A DNA stretch of 64,000 nt from a virus (taxonomy: Duplodnaviria > Caudoviricetes): positions 17,840 to 81,839 of the IMG/VR virus record IMGVR_UViG_3300006217_000023; one strand, written 5' to 3'. Under the pieces are notes generated by a model, which worked only from the letters and a program-made list of their open reading frames with translations, was not told the origin of the DNA and ran no database searches. A program made the position numbers and the translations under genes. Shown here in pieces: positions 27,819-36,621 of this stretch (position 1 is the first letter of the stretch; every line of letters begins with the position of its first letter).

Positions 27819-29087
27819 ATGAGAAAAATGAAAAAAAGAATTAATTATTCAGGAAGTGCTGTTTATTTAGGAGATAATAGAAATAAACCTTTTGCAGCCC
27901 GAATTACAATAGGGAAAGACATTCTAGGAAGAACAATTTATTATGACTTAAATACTTTTGAAAGTGAATTAGATGCTTTAGTGTGTTTAGAAAACTATCA
28001 TAAACAACCCTACTCTCTTTATATAAAAGAAAAAAAATACAATAAAATTGTTACATTTCCTAAAAAGCCTTATCCACTTGTACCTGTTAAAAATCCAAAC
28101 AAAATAGTAGTAGAGACAGTAAAAAAAGATACTTATACATTTAAACAAGTATTTGAAAAGTTTAAAGAAATGAAATTGCCAAACGAAAAAGAAATTAAAT
28201 TAGAAAAAGAAAAACATATAAAACCAAAAGGAAAATTTGCATATCATTATTCAAGAGGAATGACTACAGCATTTAATAATTCAGAAAATTTATATGATAA
28301 AGTATATAAAGATTTAACAACATCTGATTTTCAATCTGTTTTAAATAATAGTAATAAAAACTATGAAACTTTAAGAATTATGAAAAATTTATATATAAAA
28401 CTAGATGATTTTGCATTTCAAGAAAATATTATAGAAAAGAAATATGCAGAACATGTTACTTTAACACATACAAGTACTACAGATATTAATATTAATCATA
28501 AAAAAAGAACACCTTTTTCTTATGAACAAATTGAATATTTATGGAATATTAATCCTGAAAACTATAAAGAGGAATTTGTACGAGATATATTATTGCTAGC
28601 ATTATATACAGGTTGTAGAGCTGAAGAACTTCTATTTATATATACTAATAAAATATTTTTAGATAAAAATTATTTTATAGGTGGATTAAAAACTCAAGCT
28701 GGAACAAATAGAGAAATACCAATCCACCCAAAAATAAAACCAATAATTTTAAAATATTATAACCCTAAAAATGAATTTCTTTTTAAAATGCCTAATGGCA
28801 AAAAAACAAATTATGATTATTATTTATATCACTATAAATTTAATTTTATAGATAAACATTCTTTTTTAAATAATCATACAGCTCACGAATGTAGACATAC
28901 TTTAAGAACAGAATTAGAAAAACAAAATGTAAAACAAATAATTATTAATTCTATAATAGGTCACTCAAATGAAAATGTAGGACAAGATGTGTACACACAT
29001 ATTTCTATTGAAGAAAAAATAGAAGCTATAAAATTAATTGAATATAAGGATACTAATAAACTATATATTTTAGCAGTTAATCAATAG
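27819..29087 (+). CDS. int: Tyrosine recombinase (phage integrase)
   Basis: LALYTGCRAEE (R), GLKT (K), HECRH (HxxR), IIGHS, VYTH (Y). Confidence 0.95.
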   Translation: MRKMKKRINYSGSAVYLGDNRNKPFAARITIGKDILGRTIYYDLNTFESELDALVCLENYHKQPYSLYIKEKKYNKIVTFPKKPYPLVPVKNPNKIVVETVKKDTYTFKQVFEKFKEMKLPNEKEIKLEKEKHIKPKGKFAYHYSRGMTTAFNNSENLYDKVYKDLTTSDFQSVLNNSNKNYETLRIMKNLYIKLDDFAFQENIIEKKYAEHVTLTHTSTTDININHKKRTPFSYEQIEYLWNINPENYKEEFVRDILLLALYTGCRAEELLFIYTNKIFLDKNYFIGGLKTQAGTNREIPIHPKIKPIILKYYNPKNEFLFKMPNGKKTNYDYYLYHYKFNFIDKHSFLNNHTAHECRHTLRTELEKQNVKQIIINSIIGHSNENVGQDVYTHISIEEKIEAIKLIEYKDTNKLYILAVNQ

Positions 29088-29108
29088 AAATATTATAAAA
29101 TATTCTAC

Positions 29109-29130
29109 GTTAATAACAAGTTAATAACAA
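29109..29130 (+). repeat. Tandem 11-bp arm-type site GTTAATAACAA x2 (left of att core)
   Basis: Repeated again at 29316-29337 on the other side of the core. Confidence 0.7.
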
Positions 29131-29135
29131 ATAGA

Positions 29136-29165
29136 AAATACCAAGCCTTAAAATGCTTGGTATTT
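29136..29165. terminator. Bidirectional intrinsic terminator between int and att
   Basis: 11-bp stem AAATACCAAGC/GCTTGGTATTT with 8-nt loop. Confidence 0.75.
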
Positions 29166-29175
29166 GTGTGTTTTT

Positions 29176-29205
29176 CTAAACTTCCATTATAATCGGAATA
29201 ATCAG
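29176..29205 (-). other. att junction core encoding ...LIIPIIMEV* (RNase J C-terminus-like)
   Basis: Minus strand CTG ATT ATT CCG ATT ATA ATG GAA GTT TAG; Firmicutes RNase J ends in PMI(L/I)PIIMEV; lies between the integrase and arm repeats. Confidence 0.7.
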
Positions 29206-29315
29206 TCTTTGTTTTTTAAGATTTTCTTCTTTCTATTCATATATCTGTTTTTCGTTGATTTATCAATATTTTTGTCATTATAAGAATACTTTTATATTCT
29301 TATAAATTTTTATAG

Positions 29316-29337
29316 GTTAATAACAAATTAATAACAA
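29316..29337 (+). repeat. Tandem arm-type site GTTAATAACAA-ATTAATAACAA (right of att core)
   Basis: Matches 29109-29130. Confidence 0.7.
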
Positions 29338-29612
29338 TTGATATTCTCTTCGAAATTTTCTATTATATTTTTTGCCTCTTCAGTATTATAGCCTAATTTT
29401 TCACACATTTCAATCATTTTAATTAATAATATTTCTTTTTTACTATATTTTCTTGTTAAATCTTTTGCTATGTTTGATTTTTGATTTTTCATTATCATTC
29501 CCCCTATTCTATAAATTTCATTGAAATTCATATTTAAAGGGTTATAATCTTTCTTTATTATATTATTACTTTTGCTATTTGTAAATAGCTTTTCGACATT
29601 TTTAATTTTCAT
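29328..29612 (-). CDS. Hypothetical protein at the prophage B end
   Basis: ORF track; start uncertain (internal GGGGGA RBS before MIMKNQ). Confidence 0.55.
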   Translation of the reverse strand: MKIKNVEKLFTNSKSNNIIKKDYNPLNMNFNEIYRIGGMIMKNQKSNIAKDLTRKYSKKEILLIKMIEMCEKLGYNTEEAKNIIENFEENINCY

Positions 29613-29767
29613 ATTATAAACTCTCCTATATTAAAATTCAAATGAGCTCTATTGATATGAAAATTATATGACATTTTTACCATTTTGTTAAAAATATTTT
29701 ACGAAAGTGCCATTTTCTTTTATGAAATCGACATTTTTCGACAAAGTGGGTTTTACATTTTGTTCGC

Positions 29768-30004
29768 TTAAAAACTTCCTATTCCTTTTATTTCAAGCTT
29801 TTCGATGTCATATAAGTCAGAAATTCTAAAACCCAGTGCATCAGCAATTACAATTATCTCTGCAAATAATATTTCATCTGCTGGAATTTTATTTTCTTCT
29901 ATTTCAGATAAGTATTTTCTATCTATTCCAGTTTCTTCTGCTAATTGTCTTAAGCTAATTCCTCTCTCTTCTCTTTTTTCTTTTATTTTAAATTTTATTA
30001 TCAT
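29768..30004 (-). CDS. XRE-family HTH regulator
   Basis: REERGISLRQLAEETGIDRKYLSEIEE. Confidence 0.85.
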   Translation of the reverse strand: MIIKFKIKEKREERGISLRQLAEETGIDRKYLSEIEENKIPADEILFAEIIVIADALGFRISDLYDIEKLEIKGIGSF

Positions 30005-30082
30005 TTAACTCACCTCAAAATTAGTATTTGCATTTTTTATTATAATATGTATCTATCCACTATAGTGAAAAAAGACTACTTT

Positions 30083-30313
30083 CTAATACGAAAATAATCT
30101 TCTTACTTTTCTTTTTAATTCTTCAAAAGTATTTACATTTGCATGACATTCTAATGTAAACGCACTAAATAAACAATGCTCATATGCATACTCGTCCCAT
30201 TCTTTTTGGGTACAGTTTGGATTTTTCTTTATAAACTTAATAAATTCTTTTTTACTCTCTTTATAATAATTTTTCATGTTTTTAGTATTTACTTTTTTTA
30301 GTTTTTTATACAA
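30083..30313 (-). CDS. Hypothetical protein
   Basis: ORF track. Confidence 0.55.
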   Translation of the reverse strand: MYKKLKKVNTKNMKNYYKESKKEFIKFIKKNPNCTQKEWDEYAYEHCLFSAFTLECHANVNTFEELKRKVRRLFSY

Positions 30314-30506
30314 AAGAAAAAAGCCCCATTTATTGAGACTTCTTTCTAGATTTTTTCGGTATATTTGACTTTAATATAATTTTATTATAACATGCTTTTT
30401 TATTTTTGTTTGTCGAAAGTAGTCGAGTATTTGGAAAATTATGGGAAACCTTATTGACTTTCTAACTTTAAATTTGTATAATACATTTAATTTGGAGGAA
30501 AATAAT

Positions 30507-31481
30507 ATGAATAAGAATAATGAGGAAAATAATTTAATTAATAGTATGCTCGAAAAATCTAAAGAAGCCTTTCTGTTGGCAATAGAAATATATAATAAAC
30601 CAACTATAAAATATAGATTAGAAGGATTTGCTTTTTTTGTGTGTAATGCTTGGGAATTAATGTCAAAAGCTTATCTTATAAAGAAATATAATCAGTCTTT
30701 TATTTATTATAAAGATAAAAAAGATAGAACTATAAGTTTAAGTGATTGTATAAAAAAAGTTTTTACCAATGAAAAAGATCCTACTAGAAGAAATCTTGAA
30801 ATAATTGTTGATTTAAGAAACACTTCAACACATTTTATAATTAAAGAAATGGAAAATATATATATACCTTTTTTACAAGCCAATACATTAAATTATTCAC
30901 AAAAATTATATGATTTTTTCGATATAGATATAACAAAAAATCTAGATACTTCTTTTTTATCTTTAGTTACAAATTCCTCTAATTTAAATGATACAGAAGT
31001 ATTAAGTAGATATGGTAATGAAATTTTCGAAAATTATAGTAAATTAAAAAATGATGCTATTTCATTATTAGAAGCAGAACCCAATAATAAACTTGCAATT
31101 AATATTAACTTAAATTTGAAAGTTGTAAAAAACGAAAAGGACGCAAAACTTACTTTTGCAATTTCACAAAATGCTAAAGATGCTGTCTATTTTATAGATA
31201 AGATAAAAGATATTAATACAACATATCCATATTCTCAAAAAAATGCTAGAGAAATAATTATGAAAAACTTAAAAAGAAAAAACATTAATATTAATTTACA
31301 CCAAACTAATTTTGGACTTATTTGTAAAAAATATAATTTAAAAGATAATGAAGATTATTTTTACTATCATACCCTAACAAAAAGATATGTATGTTCACAA
31401 AAATTAGTTGATTTTGTGACTAATTTACTAATAGAAAATATTAACTTAATTGAAGAAATTAAATTAGAAAATAAAAATTGA
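30507..31481 (+). CDS. DUF3644-like protein with HEPN RxxxxH motif (putative RNase / defence toxin)
   Basis: EKSKEAFLLAIEIYNKP...NAWEL..KA...RNTSTH; RBS GGAGG before ATG 30507. Confidence 0.8.
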   Translation: MNKNNEENNLINSMLEKSKEAFLLAIEIYNKPTIKYRLEGFAFFVCNAWELMSKAYLIKKYNQSFIYYKDKKDRTISLSDCIKKVFTNEKDPTRRNLEIIVDLRNTSTHFIIKEMENIYIPFLQANTLNYSQKLYDFFDIDITKNLDTSFLSLVTNSSNLNDTEVLSRYGNEIFENYSKLKNDAISLLEAEPNNKLAININLNLKVVKNEKDAKLTFAISQNAKDAVYFIDKIKDINTTYPYSQKNAREIIMKNLKRKNININLHQTNFGLICKKYNLKDNEDYFYYHTLTKRYVCSQKLVDFVTNLLIENINLIEEIKLENKN

Positions 31482-31570
31482 GTTAACCCCAGGGGCAAAG
31501 GATTCTTAATATACAAACGTATATCTACTCCCATTCGGAAACCCAGCCTTATTCCTTCACAAGTTAACTC
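31480..31570 (+). ncRNA. Structured RNA candidate directly after the HEPN gene
   Basis: Closing stem GAGTTAAC/GTTAACTC, inner hairpin TATAC-aaac-GTATA, crossing pairings GGGGC/GCCTT and AAGGA/TCCTT; GC-rich island in AT-rich DNA. Confidence 0.5.
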
Positions 31571-31687
31571 TATTTATATATATTATACACTTTTTTTAAA
31601 AAAATTCAAGTATTTTTTTAATGTAATATATTTTTAATATACTAGAAATACATTTGTAATATATAATAAATCAACTTATATTTTTAT

Positions 31688-31716
31688 TTGACAACTTTCA
31701 TAACATATAGTATAAT
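31688..31716 (+). promoter_or_regulatory. Consensus sigma-A promoter with no downstream ORF
   Basis: TTGACA (31688-93)-17 nt-TATAAT (31711-16). Confidence 0.8.
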
Positions 31717-31721
31717 CAAAT

Positions 31722-31806
31722 TAAGATTTAACCACATGTTATGAAAATAACATAGTCGGTCATAAGAAGATTCAGAACAGTCGTTAAGACTGTTCCATTT
31801 TTTATT
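31722..31806 (+). ncRNA. Stand-alone small RNA candidate (about 85 nt)
   Basis: Perfect promoter upstream; hairpin ATGTTAT-GAAA-ATAACAT (31736-53); terminator GAACAGTC/GACTGTTC plus T-tract (31775-31806). Confidence 0.6.
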
Positions 31807-31888
31807 TTAAAGAAAAATAGCCAAAAATCAACCTTTTAAAATCGTTTTTAAGCATTTCTAATTTTAATTTAATATAATTATATACCTC

Positions 31889-31925
31889 AAAAAAGAGGTA
31901 AATTGAAATTAATCAACTTACCTCT
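31889..31925 (-). terminator. Intrinsic terminator of lysis operon B
   Basis: Stem AGAGGTAA/TTACCTCT with extended pairing and T6 on the minus strand, just after the endolysin stop. Confidence 0.75.
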
Positions 31926-31930
31926 ACTAA

Positions 31931-32830
31931 TTATATTTTTAAAACTTGTCCTACTTTTATAAAGTTAGGATTTTTTATTCCATTTTTATTTGCTATTGCT
32001 TGATATGTAGTATTATATTTTTTTGCTATACCTGATAAAGTATCTCCACTTTTTACTGTATATGTAATTTGTTTTGGTTTTACTGCGTTATTTACAGCAC
32101 TTTGAATTGTTTCATAGTTGTATCCTGCTTGTTTTAATCTATTTTTTCTGTTTTCTCCATTTCCCCATTTTCCAGCTAAAACTTCAGCAACTATTTCATT
32201 AACTGATTTTGTAGGCTGTGAAACGCTTTTATTTCCAATTTCAGCTATTAAATCTCTATACATATAATTAGTGTCTACATTTCCATTAATTCCATTTACT
32301 TGTCCTTTTGAGCTATTTTGCCATATATCATACTCTCCTTTGTAACAGTCTGTTCCTGATTTATAACTTGCTATCCAAGTTGTGTATCTTCTTTTTATTT
32401 CTTCTTTGTTTAGATAGTTGTTAAACCAGTTTTCATTTGCATATACTCCAGCCCATAATCCATTTTGTTCTATTATAGAATTGAAAGCTATACAAATATT
32501 AGTTAGCTTATCTCTTCCACAATTTGCTATAGAATTGTCTTCCATATCTATATATACAGGTAGTTCTATGTTTTTCCCTTGTAGCATTTTCATTGTCCAT
32601 TCTGCCCCTGATTTTACTGTTTCCTCTGAATTACAATAGTTATATACATATATTCCAACTGGTATTCCTAATCTTTTACATTCGTTATAGTTTCTTTCAA
32701 ATTGCTTGTCCAATGTATGATTATTTTTATTTCCTATCCAACCTAATCTTAATATTACAAAGTTTATATTATCTTTTACTAACTCCCAATTTATTATTCC
32801 ATTGTGTTCACTTACATCTATTCCAAACAT
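31931..32830 (-). CDS. Endolysin: GH25 muramidase + Cpl-7-like + LysM
   Basis: [26 protein letters not shown]; [20 protein letters not shown]; [16 protein letters not shown]. Confidence 0.95.
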   Translation of the reverse strand: MFGIDVSEHNGIINWELVKDNINFVILRLGWIGNKNNHTLDKQFERNYNECKRLGIPVGIYVYNYCNSEETVKSGAEWTMKMLQGKNIELPVYIDMEDNSIANCGRDKLTNICIAFNSIIEQNGLWAGVYANENWFNNYLNKEEIKRRYTTWIASYKSGTDCYKGEYDIWQNSSKGQVNGINGNVDTNYMYRDLIAEIGNKSVSQPTKSVNEIVAEVLAGKWGNGENRKNRLKQAGYNYETIQSAVNNAVKPKQITYTVKSGDTLSGIAKKYNTTYQAIANKNGIKNPNFIKVGQVLKI

Positions 32831-32831
32831 T

Positions 32832-33038
32832 CTATTTTTCCTCCTTTAATTCTGGTAATCCAGCTATACTTGTTAGCATACTTAATATTCCTGCTAATAA
32901 ACTAGCACTTCCTACTGCTAACCAATTAACATCACCCATTACAGCACTTGTTCCTATTGTTGCTACTGCTGTTTGTGCTACTGTTTTTATTGCTCTTATT
33001 CCTGCACATTTAATCCATTTTATTAATTCTTTGTTCAT
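32832..33038 (-). CDS. Holin (r1t-like)
   Basis: [18 protein letters not shown]...[27 protein letters not shown]. Confidence 0.9.
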   Translation of the reverse strand: MNKELIKWIKCAGIRAIKTVAQTAVATIGTSAVMGDVNWLAVGSASLLAGILSMLTSIAGLPELKEEK

Positions 33039-33047
33039 ATTATCCTC

Positions 33048-33332
33048 CTAATCTATAACTTCAAATGTTTCTACTTTTTTCATTAAAGATTTTACAAATG
33101 AGTTACCTTTTAATTTAAAATATATTTCTGCACTATGTTGAATACTTTCTAATTGATAGTGTGTTATTTTCTTTTGTTCTTTACATCTATCATATATTGT
33201 TAAAATATCGTTTCTTAAACTACATTTTGTTGCTTCTATCATTGACCTACCAAATATATAAATTGAAACTAATACACTAGCTACAAATGTTATAAGAAAC
33301 CAATACTCTTTTAAGAATTGTAGAGTTTGCAT
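33048..33332 (-). CDS. Lysis-cassette membrane protein
   Basis: N-terminal TM, SLRNDIL...Y..LKGNS. Confidence 0.7.
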   Translation of the reverse strand: MQTLQFLKEYWFLITFVASVLVSIYIFGRSMIEATKCSLRNDILTIYDRCKEQKKITHYQLESIQHSAEIYFKLKGNSFVKSLMKKVETFEVID

Positions 33333-35218
33333 TATTCCACCCCATTTCTTATCATTGTTTCTATATCTTTGTTGTATGTTCCTTCTAAAATAGGACTTAC
33401 ATTGTCTGTACTATATATATGAGTTATGTTTTTATATGTTTTTGCTTCGTTTTCTATTTTATCTAATATTTCGCATTGTTCTGCGGTACATTCGATGTCT
33501 TCTGGTTCTGCTAGTACATAATCTATATATACTGGTGTGCCTGAGTTGTATTGGTCTATTAGCCAAGTTTTAAATTTTTCTACTGTATTTATACTAATAT
33601 CAGATAACATTATATTAAATAAATCTAATTGAGAACGTATTGCAATTAGATCCTTATTTTCTGTTTCGTTCCAAAAACTCATCGTTGATATTAAATTATT
33701 ACATAATAAATTTTGCTCTTTTGCTGTGATAAACCCTGAATTTGTAAAAAAATATATTAATGAATTTGCATTTTGCCCTAAATTATAGTTTTCTGTTCCT
33801 TTTAAAATTACTCTTTTTATATAATGTCTCTCATACCATTTTCCATCTTTTTTTATAAATGTATCTTTATATGTATCTATTTTTCTAAATAGTTTTTGTG
33901 TTGGTATTGTGTATGTTTGAGATTTGTGAGGTTCGTAAGTTGTTGGTTCACCTTCTTCTAGTTGAAAATTCCAAAATGATGCAGTTGTGTTATTTTCATA
34001 AATATCATATCTTAAATAATACCAACCTGTTTTATTTACATTAATTTTTCTAGGATTTGTTATTATTTGTACGAAATAATCGAACTTTTTATCTAGCATT
34101 AAATAACATATAACTTTTCCACCTTCATTTTTTAAGCCATAATTTAAATCTGTTTTACAGCTAAATGAATATATTTTATTAGCTTCTAAATACACTTTAT
34201 AATCAGTTATTATATAATATCCTTCTCTATTAGCTGTTTTTATTAATTTATTCTTTTCAGTAAATTCTGTTTTTAGTTTATTCTTATTACACATCTCAAA
34301 ACTAATATTACCATTATCTCCACAACATTCAACTTCACTTGGATAGTTTGGAGAAGGGCTTGCACCACATTGTTCATATATTTTAGTTGTATCACTTCCA
34401 CTTGTTATCATTGGTTTACAACTTAAACCAGATACTACTGTTTCACCATTCTGTACTCTTATTGATATATTTTGTATTGTTACAACCGAATTATTATTTT
34501 GATAGCCTGCAACGTTATTAACACTCGTAAATGTAGTTTGTCTGTTCCCATCATTAAAATAAGGTCTAAAAGAAACGTTATTATCTATTTTATTATTAAA
34601 AGCATACATTTGATATAACTGACTTTGTTCTAGTGTTATTTCTTGCAATAAAGGTATTGTAACAATAGCGGTATTACTTGCAGTTCCACTTATTGATACT
34701 TCACCATTTAAAACAATACAAGTTATTCCATTTAATGTGTATGTTCCATCTTTTAAACTTATTAGATTATATCCTTCTCTTGTCTCCTGTCTACTATTCC
34801 CTTCAATTTTCAATTCTTGCAACCTCATCCCACTACTATCATTTAAGTCTATGCTTTCGCCTGAAAAAGTGCCTGTTGGAAGTCCTTTTAAATCTTCTTT
34901 TAATCTTTTGTTTTCTGATTTTAAATTTAAGTTTTCATTTTCTAGTTTTGATAGCTTTGTATCTTGTTCTGTATCTTTTGATTTTATTTCTTCTATACTA
35001 TTTTTTACTTGTATATCATCATAATTTTTCAAACTATCTAATTTAGATTTATAAGCATTTGTAAAATCATTTGTTGATAACCCTTTTCCTGCTACTTTAT
35101 CTTGTTTTTCAAATATTTTTTCATCCCATAAATCATTGTTAAAATTTGCTACATCTATGTCATAATTTTCTGATTTAATAGGTTTCTTTGCATTATAATG
35201 TTCTGTATAAGTTGACAT
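33332..35218 (-). CDS. Tail fibre / receptor-binding-like structural protein
   Basis: QDKVAGKGLSTNDFT motif, coiled coil, SPSPNYPSEV, beta-rich modules; RBS GGAGGTG before ATG 35218. Confidence 0.7.
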   Translation of the reverse strand: MSTYTEHYNAKKPIKSENYDIDVANFNNDLWDEKIFEKQDKVAGKGLSTNDFTNAYKSKLDSLKNYDDIQVKNSIEEIKSKDTEQDTKLSKLENENLNLKSENKRLKEDLKGLPTGTFSGESIDLNDSSGMRLQELKIEGNSRQETREGYNLISLKDGTYTLNGITCIVLNGEVSISGTASNTAIVTIPLLQEITLEQSQLYQMYAFNNKIDNNVSFRPYFNDGNRQTTFTSVNNVAGYQNNNSVVTIQNISIRVQNGETVVSGLSCKPMITSGSDTTKIYEQCGASPSPNYPSEVECCGDNGNISFEMCNKNKLKTEFTEKNKLIKTANREGYYIITDYKVYLEANKIYSFSCKTDLNYGLKNEGGKVICYLMLDKKFDYFVQIITNPRKINVNKTGWYYLRYDIYENNTTASFWNFQLEEGEPTTYEPHKSQTYTIPTQKLFRKIDTYKDTFIKKDGKWYERHYIKRVILKGTENYNLGQNANSLIYFFTNSGFITAKEQNLLCNNLISTMSFWNETENKDLIAIRSQLDLFNIMLSDISINTVEKFKTWLIDQYNSGTPVYIDYVLAEPEDIECTAEQCEILDKIENEAKTYKNITHIYSTDNVSPILEGTYNKDIETMIRNGVE

Positions 35219-35231
35219 TTTATACACCTCC

Positions 35232-36594
35232 TTATTCTAAACTTGATATTGCTCCAGATATAAATCGTTGCAATTTATATGTATCTCCTGTATCTATATA
35301 TCCATCTTTATTTACATCTGCTGCCTTATATTGTTCTAGTGTTAAAGTTGTTTTTCCTTGGATATAATCAGAAATTTTTTGAACATCTAAATTATTTATT
35401 TGTCCATCTCCATTTACATCTCCTAATTTGTATGATTTATCTTCTATTTTTATTAAAATAATCTTAAAAGCCACATCGTTTCTATCTTGTTCATTTGCTA
35501 ATTTATAGCTATGAATCGTAATTTTATCAGGTTTTAATATTGCACATGTATCTCCATTTCCAGCAACAGCAGTTGCATTAATTGTATGTGACCTAGATGT
35601 CCCCCACCAATCAGCATGCACATTATTATGTGACATAACACTTAGTACAACACAATTTGTATTTGTAAAGCCTGTTGGATAGTTTATATCTACAGTTCCT
35701 TGTAAATTATTACTATTTGCTTCTGGCATTTTTATTGTTCCAACTAAAACAGCTATGTTACTTAGTATAGTATTTATTGTTACATTTCCACTTCCATCAA
35801 AATTAGCATTTCCACTAACTGCACCTTGTAATTTTATATTTCTTGCTGTTTGTAGTTTTGTAGCTGTTCCGAGAGTTACCAGTGCAACTACCAGAAGAAC
35901 CACTACAATTACCTGTAACATTTCCTTTGACATTTGCTTCTACACCTCCATTTACAATTAATTTTCCTGTTATAGTACTATTTTGATTTTTTAATACTAA
36001 ATTACTTTTTATTCCTTCTATATATTGTTGAAATTGTTGATATAGTTCTTCCCCATCAACTGAAATTAAACTATTAACCACTCCGCACAAATCTACATTT
36101 AATCTTTTGTCTACTATATCTGTTTGAGTTATATTTGAACTACTTTTTACTGTCACTTCTGCTAGACATATTTCATATATATTATCATCTCTTTGTAAAG
36201 TTGCTGGAGTTGTTCCATTTCCTTGTTTTACATATAGTTGTGTTTCTCTTGTAGCTAATGTTTTGTCTAATTTTACTATTACTCTATCTATTCTATTTCC
36301 TGATGTTGGTCTTTCTAATGTAAAAGCTCTTGCTTCTTCATTTTCAAAGTCTGCTCCTTCTATTATTCCAGCACCTTTTAATACTTTTATATTTAATCCC
36401 CCATCTGCTGTTACTTTCATGCTATTATCACCATAATTTTTATAGTGTCCAAAATAAACACCATTGCTTAAAAATTTAGCAAAATATTTTCTAAATACCT
36501 CTGCTTCATATAATCTATCTTTTTCCATTTGTCCACTTTCTGAATTTAAAACTTCCATTGAATCAAATGGAAAACTTTTTAATGTTACTGACAT
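35232..36594 (-). CDS. Baseplate/tail fibre protein with C-terminal dockerin-like domain; needs a +1 skip at CGGA 35868-35871 (453 aa)
   Basis: NRIDRVIVKLD...PATLQRDDNIYEICLAEV...CGVVNS; GNS[CGGA]TATKLQTARNI.LQGAVSGNANFDGSGNVTI fibre motif; GDVNGDG...ADVNKDG. Confidence 0.85.
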
Positions 36595-36621
36595 ATCTTT
36601 TCCTTTCCATAAAAACAAGAC

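Larger units (their letters stand above)
1..29205 (-). mobile_element. Prophage A (Siphoviridae-like, SPP1-type portal, PBSX-type terminase), left part outside the window
   Basis: Contiguous tail-head-packaging-replication-cro/cI-integrase gene order, ending at the att-like junction 29176-29205. Confidence 0.95.

Noticed and set aside
29109-29337. GTTAATAACAA repeats as a CRISPR array
   Set aside because: Only two tandem pairs of 11 bp, no regular spacers and no cas genes; better explained as integrase arm sites
31480-31570. Self-cleaving HDV-like or twister ribozyme
   Set aside because: Could not fit the P1.1/P4/J4-2 elements or twister conserved nucleotides by eye; kept only as a generic structured RNA
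35872-35933. Signal-peptide-like start MSKEMLQVIVVVLLVVALVTL suggesting a separate secreted dockerin protein
   Set aside because: It is the alternative-frame reading of the GNVTGNCSGSSGSCTGN fibre repeat, and the CGGA skip joins the two frames at the expected motif; not fully excluded without proteomics
33332-36594. Diversity-generating retroelement targeting the tail fibres
   Set aside because: No reverse transcriptase and no template/variable repeat pair seen in the window
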